Assembly: GCA_013265495.1 (NCBI GenBank)
Contig: MU061560.1
Span: forward strand, 434,001-498,000
Direction of reading: 5' to 3'
Length of the DNA: 64,000 bases
DNA from: Vicugna vicugna
Taxonomy: Eukaryota
Shown: positions 12,920-23,575 of the stretch, piece by piece
Layout of the letters: every line of letters begins with the position of its first letter
How positions within the stretch are numbered: position 1 is the stretch's first letter
Program-made: the position numbers and the translations under genes
The notes under the pieces: generated by a model
Told to the model about the DNA's origin: nothing
What the model saw: the letters and a program-made list of their open reading frames with translations, nothing else
The model's database searches: none

Positions 12920-13155
12920 TATTGAGAGTTGCCTACGTGCTAGGCAGTGTTCAAAGTATTTTGCTCATTTTATCTCATAAAATCTTCTCAAAACCCTAGT
13001 GAAGGTAGGTTCTATTATTATTTCAATTTTTACAGATGAGGAAACCAAGCCCTTAATAGTTTAGCTTAATATTGAGGGTCGTAGTTTGATGAGTGGTGAA
13101 GGAGTTATAATCTGACTTGAGAGCCTATGCTTTTAATAACTGTTGTACTGCCTTC
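12920..13155 (-). mobile_element. MIR SINE
   Basis: tattgagagttgcctacgtgctaggcagtgtt...tttttacagatgaggaaacc. Confidence 0.8.
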
Positions 13156-13356
13156 CTGTGTGATAGGCATTAAACTCAGAGTTAGTAGAAAATGGGTCCT
13201 AATTGTAGTTTTCTCATTAATTTATAGTCTGAATTGGTACAAGTCATTTCATCTCTTTTTGCCTCTGCTTCCTCATCTCTAAATTATGTAATAATATCTA
13301 TTCTATCTATACCTCCACTTTGAGGTGGGGATTAAAGCTCAAGAAGTGTGATGGTC

Positions 13357-13836
13357 CTTTCAAGGAATGACAGCAATTTAATGCAGAAATGGTGGAAGAT
13401 TCAACTCCCGTTGGCCTCGAGGATTAAGTTGGCAGGAGGTTTGACTTTCAGTAGACCTTGAGCTTCATTATAGGCTCATTGTAACAGCGTGATAAATAAC
13501 ATGCCTGCAGGCGCCATGACAGTCCCAAGGCCAAAGAGTGGGGGGAGGTGGCCCAGTTCCTGGGGATCCCAGCCCCTTCCCCAGAACAGGTGAAACGGTC
13601 CCACCTGTAGGCTTGTGAAGCTACCGAGCCCACAAAAACTGGCAACACCACTCCTAGCCGCCCTTTTTCACTCCCTCCTCTTAGGAGATGGCCCGCACTC
13701 TATGGAGTGTGTACCTACTTTTACTTTAACCTGAGCACCCGACTCCCACACCTCTTTCTCTGCCTTTCTCTTGCCTTACACTCTATGCAGTGTGTATCTC
13801 TCTAAATGAATCGACCTTTACTCAAAAAAAAAAAAA
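13357..13836 (+). mobile_element. MER41-like LTR fragment ending in poly(A) (retroposed)
   Basis: gcgccatgacagt...gggaggtggcccagttcctgg resembles MER41-family LTR sequence. Ends ctctctaaatgaatcgacctttactc-(A)13. Confidence 0.75.
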
Positions 13837-14757
13837 TTGTCATGGCCTTAAGACAGGATACATTGTGGACCGAGAGCCAAAGGCAAGGGGGTGAAGGCAA
13901 TAGAAAGTGGAAGAAAGTATATATTTTTAAAGTTTATATGCAAAAATAACTCAAAATGTTGGCTGAGTGAAAGAAAAGTAAGTGCAAATATGTAAATTGT
14001 CAGGGTAGGCTGTAGGCACCACCTTCAATGGGAAGATGAGCCCGAGGGGCCAGAAGGAGAGTCCAGGGAATTAGAAGTAGCTCTGTCAGCGATCAGAGGA
14101 TGTTGAAAGGGTCCTGAGTGGTGCTGCTGCGCACAGAAGACGGGCAACACCAGACAGCGGCTGGGGTGGGGGCAGGCAGGATGAAGCGTGACCACAAGCT
14201 TGCACGTTTGTCAGGTTAAGCACCTTCACCCATGGTAAATAAATGCCGGTGAAGCTTTGAGAAGTGGATAGAGACGTTCCATAACTATTTAGGTAGATGT
14301 TTGGTAATACTGAGGTATTCTGAGGCAGGCGTGAATAGTTCAGTCATTTGTATGCAAGAATAATGTGTGTGATGCTGCGAATCGGAGGTCATCGTACCCC
14401 CTACCACTGTCACCTTTACCTCTCCCTTGTCACTCTCATTTCCACGCTGACCTCAGCAGGTCATTGCTGAGGCTTATCTAGCTCATTCTGTGATTTTTTT
14501 TAATATGATATTTGTATTTTGAAGATTTGAGCAGAGTATGAACTGCTTTCAGGACGCATTTCTCTTCCAGAAAGTGAGGAATAGCAAGGCGTGCCTGGCT
14601 GGATCCGTTCCTAAGCATATTCATGCATCCCCAGACAGCGTGGTTTGCTGGCGAGCACTGTAGTAGGGAGGCAGGTCACGTATGTCCTGGTCAGGAGAGG
14701 CCACTTGTCCCTCTTTGAGTGCCTCTTCCACGTAGTTATTAAACTGCAGGACTTCAA

Positions 14758-15130
14758 GTATTAGTCAGAATTCTCCGCAGAAACAGAACCAATAGGTTGT
14801 GTGTGTGTGCATATATATCATAAAGAATTGGCTCCTGTGCTTAAGGAGGCTGGCAAGTCCAAATCTGCAGCGTGGGTTGGCAGGCTTGAGACCTGGAAGA
14901 GCTGGTGATGCAGTTCCAGCCCAAAGGCCAACAGGCAGAGACCTAGGAGAGCCAGTGGTGCAGCTGAAGCCAAGAATTCTCTTTCGCTCAGGGAGGCCAG
15001 TCTTTTTGTTCTATTCAGGCTGTCAACTGATTGGACAAGGCCCACCCACGTTATAGAGAGCAGTCTGCTTACTCAGAGTCCCCTGATTAAAATGTTAATC
15101 TCATCCACAACACCGTCCAAGTTGACATGG
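14758..15130 (-). mobile_element. MLT2 (ERVL) LTR
   Basis: gtattagtcagaattctcc..agaaacagaaccaatagg...gttctattcaggc..caactgattgg..aggcccaccca...aagttgaca. Confidence 0.85.
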
Positions 15131-16315
15131 AATGTGTTAAAGCAAGGCCTCCTTAGAGGACGTTGGGAGCCCTCACTGCCCCGTGGGAACCAGATGTTGA
15201 ATCTACTTCATCCTCAGAACTTCTCTCAAATGAAGACAATTTATACTAAACACATTAAGTAGAAATCTTATAACCTGTTTGAATCAAATTAATGCATAAG
15301 AAAGCACTTAAAAAACTGCAAAGCAGTTTACAAATGCAAGGAGTTTGGGGATGTGATGAGTGAAGAGGGTGTGGGTAGAGTTTAGCATAATTGGAGGGGT
15401 TGCCACCTGTCGTGAGGATTATAGTTTGGCAAGAGAACAATGAACCTTTCTTTTTGTGACCGGGCTGCACACAGCCACACAGAGTGCAGTGCAGCCTTCT
15501 TAGGACCTTCTCTTGGGTCTACAGGGGAAATCTCATCTTCATGGGAGCATGTCTTGGGTGGGACCTGGGAACTCTGATTCTGCTGCCCAGCTTGTGAATT
15601 CTCACCTCCTTTTTCTCCTGCTTTCCAGAGGACTTCTTGTGGTGCTGTGTGACCCAAGGGTTGAAGAACTGGAGAGATGAAAAATATAATTTGTTTACAT
15701 AGCAGCTATCTTTGTGCCGTATTATCTTATATAAACTTCGGGAGAAAATAATAAAATGGAGGCGGTGATTATGTTGCTATTCATACTTACAGATAGAGTG
15801 ACCACAGTTTCAATTTCTCTGGTCAGTAGAGGACAGTATATTGCGCATAGTTGCTTAATAAATATTTGGTTTAAAAGAAATCTTTTTCTATTCCTGTATC
15901 CTTTCTCTTTTCTCTCCTTACTTCTGATTTTCCCTCAGCTTACATTTGAGTCCCCACTATATGAAGAATGCTATATTATTTTTTAGGAGAAATTAAGTAA
16001 ATAGAATTAGATCTGCTCCTTCAGGAATTTTTTAAATGAGACTAATTTATCTCAATATCACAGTGAAAATAAAGTGCTTAATACTAAATACTACATACCC
16101 TAATACCCTTTAAAGTAGAGTATGTTTTTATAACTTGAATCTTGTAGAGAGGAAGCCTTTCTTTAGTTTAACTTGCAGAATTGGTGGTGGTTTTATTTTC
16201 CAGTGAACTCTAACAACAAAATGTTCATTAATTAAAAATAGCTGCCCGATACAGGAAACAGCTCATATAGCAGCTTCTGACACGGTTCTAAAAACAGACT
16301 TGAGCTGCTTGAGTG

Positions 16316-16430
16316 CTAAGAATGAGCCCTGAAAGCTTGTGAAGAAGTTCAGGTAAAAGCATGCTTTGTTCTAAGAATGAGCCCTGAAAGCTTGTGAAGA
16401 AGTTCAGGTAAAAGCATGCTTTGTTTTAAG
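16316..16430. repeat. Perfect 55-bp tandem duplication
   Basis: Unit ctaagaatgagccctg...catgctttgtt starts at 16316 and again at 16371. Confidence 0.97.
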
Positions 16431-17192
16431 GATTCTATATGCCTTTACATGAATGTTTTCTGATTATAAGAGGCACATGTGCTTACTGTTAAAAAAAATG
16501 AAATACTATAGCCATATCTTATGGAGAAAGTGAAATTCTCACCCAAATTGTGGTGTCTGTTTAGTCTGGTAGCTTCTAACAGATTCTTTTCTATGCGTAT
16601 AGAATTATATGTACTTACTTTAAACATGGAATTATATGTTTTTTCAACTTGTTGTTTTATTGCTATATTAGAAATTTTCCACACCAAGTCTTTTAAAATC
16701 CTCTTCTTGTATCACCTCTTTTAAAGTAGCGTAACATTTCACTTTATAACTGTACTATAATTCATTAAAACCAGTTCCCTGTTAGTAGTCTTGTGAGTTG
16801 ATATTATTTAATTTTTCTTCCTTGAAAGTCATCTATTTTTAGGGCAGATGCACTTGTAATTGAATAAATTTACCAAATGTAATTTCTTGATAGTACAATA
16901 CATTGGGAGTTTACTGTGTGCCTGGAACTCTTCCAGACACTGTTCTGTGAAAATCAGAAGAATAATGCTGCCATCTTATGAAGGACTGTTGTCCCTGTTC
17001 TTGTGATGGAGAGAGCCTCCAGGCTCCCTGTACGCCATCGTACGATGGACTGAAGGAGAGGTGACTGGCTCAGGCATGTGAGGGCGCTTTAACTCAAAGG
17101 AGCTAAGCAGAAGGGTGGGGGCTGCGTCAGCACAAGAGGAAGCAGAGCTTACAGACTCTCACTGGAGTTACTGATGTTAAAAATCTTTCCTG

Positions 17193-17206
17193 GTTGCCAT
17201 AACAAC
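17193..17206. promoter_or_regulatory. RFX X-box motif
   Basis: GTTGCCATAACAAC is close to the palindromic X-box GTTGCCATGGCAAC. Confidence 0.5.
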
Positions 17207-18229
17207 AGGCTTTGCAAGACCTGCCATCTTCACTCTTGTCACCGTGCCTTGAGGATTCCCTGGCTGTGGCCACAGTGACCACAGATTGCTTGGTGTCTGT
17301 GTATCCCCTGCTGATCCCCGAATTCCTGTTGTGAGTTTACCTGCTACCCAGGGCCTTCCTGCAACTCTGTACCCCTAGTAGGCCTTACTGAGAGCTCCCT
17401 TGGCCAGTCCTCCCTGGTGGCCTGTTTAGGTACTTACTTTTTTCTCCTAAAAATAGAACCTCTCAAGTTTTTGTCATTGTTAGTGTCTTAGATGCCAAGC
17501 TCTGTTCATAGGATAGACTCTGAAAAAAGTCTCCTTAGACCTAGAAGGTGTGTTTCATCTGCTTAAGTGATTGTTAAATTGATCCTAGGTATGATACATT
17601 GAATTTTTAGGGGAAAGAAAGTTTACTCCAAATTACTTTTCTTTGTAATTTCCTAGCCGATCACGACTAGAGAGAAGTGGAGTTTAACATACCCTTAAAA
17701 GGGACCTGTGTTTTGATTATCTATTGTAGTACAATAAATCACTCCAAAACTTAGCAGCTTAAAGCAGCAACTTGTTAGCTCATGATTCAGTGGGTTGACC
17801 AGACAGTTCTGTTTTCATTGTGGTGTCAGTTGGATGCTGAAACGGCTGTGGTCCTCTGAGACTTGGTTGGGAGCTCAGCTGGGACCCGGTGGCCCAGGGC
17901 ACCTGTGGTGTTTGAGTTCCAGAATGGAAGAAGTGAATGCTGCCCAGCCAGATAAGGGCTGGGCCCAGAATTGGCACTGCATCGCGATGCATCATCTGCC
18001 CCATGCTATTGGTCTAAGCAGCAATAGGCTCAGCCTACGGTGGGAGTCAGCCCAGAGCCATTGTGGGAAGGGGGCTCTACAAAGACATGACTACCTGGAA
18101 GTGTGGTTCAAAGTGAATACCTGTGAACTAACTAAAGGGACACATTATTTGCTCTCCTCCCCGACCCAACATACAATGATAAGGAAGGTGTAGGGAAATC
18201 GTAACAGACACTTCCCTTCAAAAAGCTGT

Positions 18230-18855
18230 TAGAAGCTGTGGTGAAGTTAGAACCCTGATACACTGCAGGTAAGAATGTGAAATGGTGCCGTTACTGTGGA
18301 ACCAGTCTGGCACTTCCACAAAAGGTTAAAACATCAAGTTACCATTTTACCCAACAATTCCATACATAAGTGTACACTGAAGAGAGAGGAAAACATATGT
18401 CTACACAAAACTTGTACATGAATGTTCATAGCAACATAGCGAAAAGGTGGAAGCAACCCAAATATCAGCAGGTGAATGGATGGATAAAATGCAGCTGGTC
18501 CATCTGGTGGAATGAAGTAGGTACCTACTGCAACATAGATGAACCTTGAAAATATGCTAAGTGGAGGGAGCCAGTCACAAAAGACCACACATCGTATGAT
18601 TCAGTTTATGTGTCCAGAATAAGCAAACCGATAGAGACAAGGTGGATTATCAGTTTCTTAGGGCTGGTGGGAGTGGGTGTATGGAGGGTGAAAACTCAAG
18701 GGTACGGGTTTCTTTTTGAGGTGATGAAAGTGTTCTAAAATTCTCTGGTTGTGTGTATCTGCGAATATACTAATAACTTTGAATTGCAAGCTTTGTATGG
18801 TATGTGAATTATATCTCAGTAAAGCTGTTACTAAAAAAAAAAATTAAATAAAAAG
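18230..18855 (+). mobile_element. L1M (L1MB-like) ORF2 end and 3' UTR
   Basis: aatgtgaaatggtgc...aaaacttgtacatgaatgttcatagca...gtatgtgaattatatctcagtaaagctgtt followed by an A-tail. Confidence 0.88.
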
Positions 18856-19424
18856 TAAGCAGAAGAGGAAAATGGGAGGCACATAGCAGCCCCTGGTCCA
18901 TAGCAGTCAACTGGGTGCATGTTAGCGCTGCCTTCTTTGGGGGCTGGTTTGTAACCTGGGCGGTTCTCTGGGGCTCTTGCCTGCACCTTCTAGGCTCTTG
19001 AGTGTGTCTTCTGAATCTTCTTACTTTTCCTTAAGAAATGGCCCATGTTTGCAGCCTCTTCCTGTCTGAATAAGGGCCCTAATATTTTTCATTTCAAACT
19101 ATCTCCATTTCTTTTTTTTCCCCTTCTTTTTCCAGTCTTATTGAGAAATCTCTCTCTCTTGTTAGTCCAGACTGATAGTGCTTCCACTGACATATTCCTT
19201 AGAGTTTTTCAGGGTTTTCCCATGGATCTCTTTGGGGTTTACAACGTTAGATTATAAGCATTCTCACAAATTTCTGAGACGGTTCTCTCCCTACCCTGAG
19301 CTGCCTTCAAGTGAGGGTGTTACATAAAAGTACCTGTAAGACTCTTAGAAGTTCTGCTGTCTGGTAGAGATGGTCCTTAAGTTACACCCTTACAGTTCTT
19401 CAAAGCCTCTTGGTCTGGCTCTCA

Positions 19425-19598
19425 GATTTACAAAGTCTGATCTTTGTACCAGCATCATTAGCACCCCCTGGAACTGACTGTAGCAGCTGGACCCCATTCC
19501 AGACCTGCTGAATGAAACTGAGGATCAGGCCTTGTGGTCTGGGGTTTAGCAGACCCCCCAGCTATGTCTGGTGTACACAAAGTTTTAGGACCACTGGT
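19425..19598. mobile_element. MER5A-like hAT element
   Basis: ccagcatcattagcacc...ccccattccagacctgctgaat...aaagttttaggaccactg. Confidence 0.7.
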
Positions 19599-20289
19599 CT
19601 AAAGGAAAGTCTTACCTGAGGAGCCTTAAATCTTTATGAGGGCTCAACAGAGTGCTGCACATTCACATCCTTGAGGCCGCATTTTACGGGCAGTGCAGGA
19701 TTTGACCTTTGCCCTGAGTAGTTTCTTACTTTGAGCTCACTGTTTTGCTCAGATGCTGAAAAGAGCAATGGTTTTATTTTTGTGAACCTGTCAAGTCTAG
19801 CTCCTTTTTATTTCCTCTAAATAATGTTTGAAAAGGAACCAAACGGTTCCTTTTTTTAGTTCATCTCACTACATGGGCAGTTAAGACAAGCCGGTTGATA
19901 GCTTTCAACATTCTTCTTGGAATTTCCCTTAGTCAGATCGTGAATTCATTAAATATCCTTTCCATCTTTCACATCCCTGCATGCAGTGGGTTTTCTAATT
20001 ATTCTGTCAGTGTACAACTTAGGTCCCCTGTCTTCAAGACATCAATAACATTTGTTTACTTTTTTATACACACACACACACACGTTCTTTTTCAGATTCT
20101 TTTCCATTTTAAGTTATTACAAGAGATTGAATATAGTTCTCTGTGCTGTACAGTAGGTCCTTGTTGTTCTGTTATTCTTGATTTTTAACTCTAGTTAACC
20201 AAGATCATTTTGACTGCCAGAACTTGTTTGGACTCCCACCTTTTATTTTGGTAGCATTTACAAGTCATTTCTAGTTTATCACTTGGGTT

Positions 20290-21975
20290 AACTTAAAAAG
20301 ATATACCCATGAAAACTTAAAAGATCTCACCAAGTGGAGAGAGAGACAGTTTTCCTGGATTGAAAGACCCTCAATATAGTAAAGATGACTATCTTCCAAA
20401 TCAATGTGTAGATTTAACACAATTCTTATCAAAATTTTAGGAAAATTTTTATAAGTATGGGTAAGATTATTCTAAAATTTACATAGAAAGGCAAAATAAC
20501 TAGAATGACAAAAACAATTTTAAGACATTCTGTGGCTGCAGTAATCAGTGCTGTGACACTGCCCTGCCAGAGGGATGGACAGACAGAGAAACACGACAGG
20601 ATAGACTTAGGGTAAGCCCCACTCAAGTGCAGCCAACTGACTTTTGACAGAGCTTCCAAAATAATACATTTTCGGTGGGAGGGTATAGCTCAAGCAGTAG
20701 AGTGCCTGCATGAAGTCCTGGGTTCAATCCCCAGGACCTTCTCTAAAAATAAATAAACAAATAAACCTAATTACCGACCCTCACCAAAAAAAAAAAAAAG
20801 AATAAATAAAATGGTGATCATAATTGTTAAAAAAAAGGTAATACATTTTCAATAAATGCTGTTAGAGCAGTTGGATATCTGTAGACAAAAAAGAATCTAA
20901 ACCTTAGAATATATCCATAAATTAATTCAACTTAGGCCATCATCTGCAATGTAGAACATGAAACTGTAAAACTTTTAAAAGAAAACAAAGGAGAAAATCT
21001 TCAGGACTCAGGGATTGGCAAAAAGTTCTTAGCCATATGACCAGAAGCATGAATCATAAAAGATTGATAAATAAAATTTCATCAAAATTTAGAACTTTTG
21101 CAGAACCTGTTAAAAGGGTGAAAAGATAAGCTATGGACTGGAAAAATATCTGGAAACGCTGTCTTTGACAAAGAACTCCATCTGAAATACATAAAGAACT
21201 CTCAAAACTCAACAGTAAAAATGAAATAAAATAAAACAAAAAACCCAAACAGTCTAATTAGAAAATGGGCAAACAACATGAAGACACATTTCACCAAAAA
21301 GGATACACAGATGACAAATTAAAACAAGCACCTGTGGTCACTCATTATATAACCGAGCAGTTGCACTTCTGAGCATTTATCCCAGAGAAATGAAAACTTA
21401 AACCCACAGTAAAACGTGTGCAAAATGTTCACAGCAGTTTTATTTGTAATAGCCCAAACTGTGAACACCTAATATCCATTCATGTGAGTGGGTAAACTAA
21501 CTGCGGTGTACGCAACATAAAGGAAGACTGTGGATATAGGCGAAAAGTGGAATGGGTCTCAAGGGCAGTATGCTGAGTGAAGAAAGCCAGTCTCCAAAAG
21601 TCACGTAACATGTGATTCCACTTATATTCCACTTATTATGTAAATGACAGCATGACCTAGAGAACAGATTAGTGGCTGCCAGAGGTTGGGGACGGTGGGG
21701 AGAAGGGTGCTGGGTGTTGGGTGCTGTAAAGGGGCAGCACGCGGGAGCTCTTTGTCGTGATGGAGAGCCCAGTATCTTGATTTGGGTGGTTTCATAGGTC
21801 TGTACAAGTGATAAAACAGCATAGAGCGAAACAGACACATTGTGCAAATGCCAGTTTCCTGGTTTTGATACTGTACTATAATTACACAGTATGACGTCGT
21901 CGTTGGGGGAAACTAGCCCTCTCTGGACCAGTTTTGCAACTTCCTGAGTTGATCATTATTTCAAAATAAAAAGTT
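20290..21975 (+). mobile_element. Old L1M ORF2 3' part and 3' UTR (internally deleted)
   Basis: tggattgaaagac..caatatagtaaagatg...aattagaaaatgggcaaa...ttttgcaacttcctgag...tttcaaaataaaaagtt. Confidence 0.88.
20674..20838 (+). mobile_element. Vic-1-type SINE nested in L1
   Basis: gggagggtatagctcaag...gtcctgggttcaatcccc. TSD taatacattttc at 20662-20673 / 20839-20850. Confidence 0.92.
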
Positions 21976-22024
21976 ATGGACTTTATATAATTTATTCAAA
22001 ATACAAAGATATACCCAGACTTTA

Positions 22025-22195
22025 GACCTGTCTGGTCCACTAGCCATGAGTTGCTTTCAAAATTAAAATTTCAGTTAAAATAAAATTTTAGTTCCTCGGT
22101 CACACGAGCCATGTTTCAAGTACTCATGTGGCTGCCTTTAACAGGCACAAATGTAGAACATTTCCATCAACACGGAAAGGTCAGTTAGCCGTACT
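22025..22195. mobile_element. MER3/MER33-like hAT-Charlie MITE
   Basis: ccactagcca...ttagttcctcggtcacac..gccatgtttcaagtactca...tagaacatttccatca. Confidence 0.75.
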
Positions 22196-22325
22196 TAAAT
22201 CTTCAGACAAAACAATAATGCCAGTTGCCATATGTGTGGGCACCTACATGTTCCTTAGTGAACTGTCTTAAATTTATAAATCAAGAGATAATAGTCTGTA
22301 CCAGCAAAATTTAAATTAAAGAACT

Positions 22326-22503
22326 GGGTTTGCTGTCTCACTCCCTCATCTTTGGAGATGGCCCACGCTCTGTCTGTTGAGTGTGTATCTACTTTTATTT
22401 TAACCCCCACACCTTGGGGCCTTTCTCTCGCCTTCTGAAACAGTCTACATTCTATGTAGTATGTGTCTCTCTAAATAAATCTATCTTTACTCAAAAAAAA
22501 AAA
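22326..22503 (+). mobile_element. MER41-like LTR 3' fragment with poly(A)
   Basis: Homologous to 13660-13836. AATAAA at 22474-22479, then tctatctttactc-(A)11. Confidence 0.8.
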
Positions 22504-22982
22504 GCTTAGCATGACACTAAAAAAGTATCAATTTTTGAAGCTATATCCCATATTTTAATAAGAAAAGAAATGAAACATTTGTTTCATGTTTGAAATAAGG
22601 ATGAGGTTTTTTCCCTTATCTGCCAAGGCAGTTGCTGTTTTTTTCCCATAATCACAATATAGAATATATACGAAATGGGCAAAACAAAGGGGCTGGACAA
22701 GTACGGGAAAGAGATAACAGCAGGAAAAGTGTTTTTAATGTCCCATATGTTTTGTTTTTTTTTCTGTGTCTTAGTGACCAGTTTACTAACGGTAGCTTAC
22801 CACTGCAGAGGAAGCATGGTTTAGTGACCAGAACTTAGACCAGAATTCTATTTCTGGCTCAAAATGACCTTGAGGAAGTGACAAATTACTCATCTCATTC
22901 TCATAACCAATAAGCAAATTAAGATGAAACTGACTGTTGCTCTGGTGGACTATAGGATAAGTTATTCTAAAATTAATCCCAA

Positions 22983-23137
22983 GGAGGGGAGAGGGTATAG
23001 CTCATGTGTTAGAATGCATGCTTAGCATGCATGGGGTCCTGGGTTCAATCCCCAGTACCTCCTCCAAATGTAAATAAATAAACCCAATTACCTCCCCCTC
23101 ATTAAAAAAAAAAAGAAAAAATTTAAAAAAATAAAGA
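22983..23137 (+). mobile_element. Vic-1-type SINE
   Basis: gagggtatagctca...atgcttagcatgcatggggtcctgggttcaatccccagtacctcc followed by an A-tail. Confidence 0.92.
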
Positions 23138-23399
23138 AAATGATCCCAGTGTTTTAGGTTATTGTAAAACTCTTTGCATTACAACAACAAAGAGTTTTAC
23201 AAAGTTTTGAGGAATGTAGTTATGAAAAGAGTCACATGAGGTAGAAAGAGGAAGTTTACTTTACCAGACACAAACACTTTTTGGTTATGAGTTTGAGAGT
23301 TAAAAACAAGAAAACTCAGACATAGCGTAAAGTTTTTTCTTATTTTTTTCCAGGTTAATAATTTGGGGGAAACTCTGGGGGAGAATGAGCAGACAGTTT

Positions 23400-23575
23400 G
23401 CATTTTAGAGATCAGGTTTTGAAGTTTAGAAGTCCAGGATTTGAACTGCAGCTCTGCCATTTACCCCAAGAAAGTTATTTAGCTAAGTTCTCAGTTTCAC
23501 CATCTATACAATGGGGCCAATAACGCCTTTTTTGTTTGAGTTGTTATGAGAAGGGCATGTAGTAAGTACACAGCT
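23400..23575 (+). mobile_element. MIR SINE
   Basis: ggatttgaactgcagctctgccattta...ctcagtttcaccatctatacaatgggg. Confidence 0.75.

Larger units (their letters stand above)
17712..20040 (-). mobile_element. Old MaLR (MLT1-type) LTR plus internal sequence, interrupted by L1 and MER5
   Basis: tatctattg...ccaaaacttagcagcttaaagcagcaa is an MLT1 signature. The downstream sequence resembles MaLR-int. Confidence 0.55.

Noticed and set aside
16316..16430. CRISPR-like or functional repeat array
   Set aside because: Only two adjacent copies with no spacers, in eukaryotic DNA.
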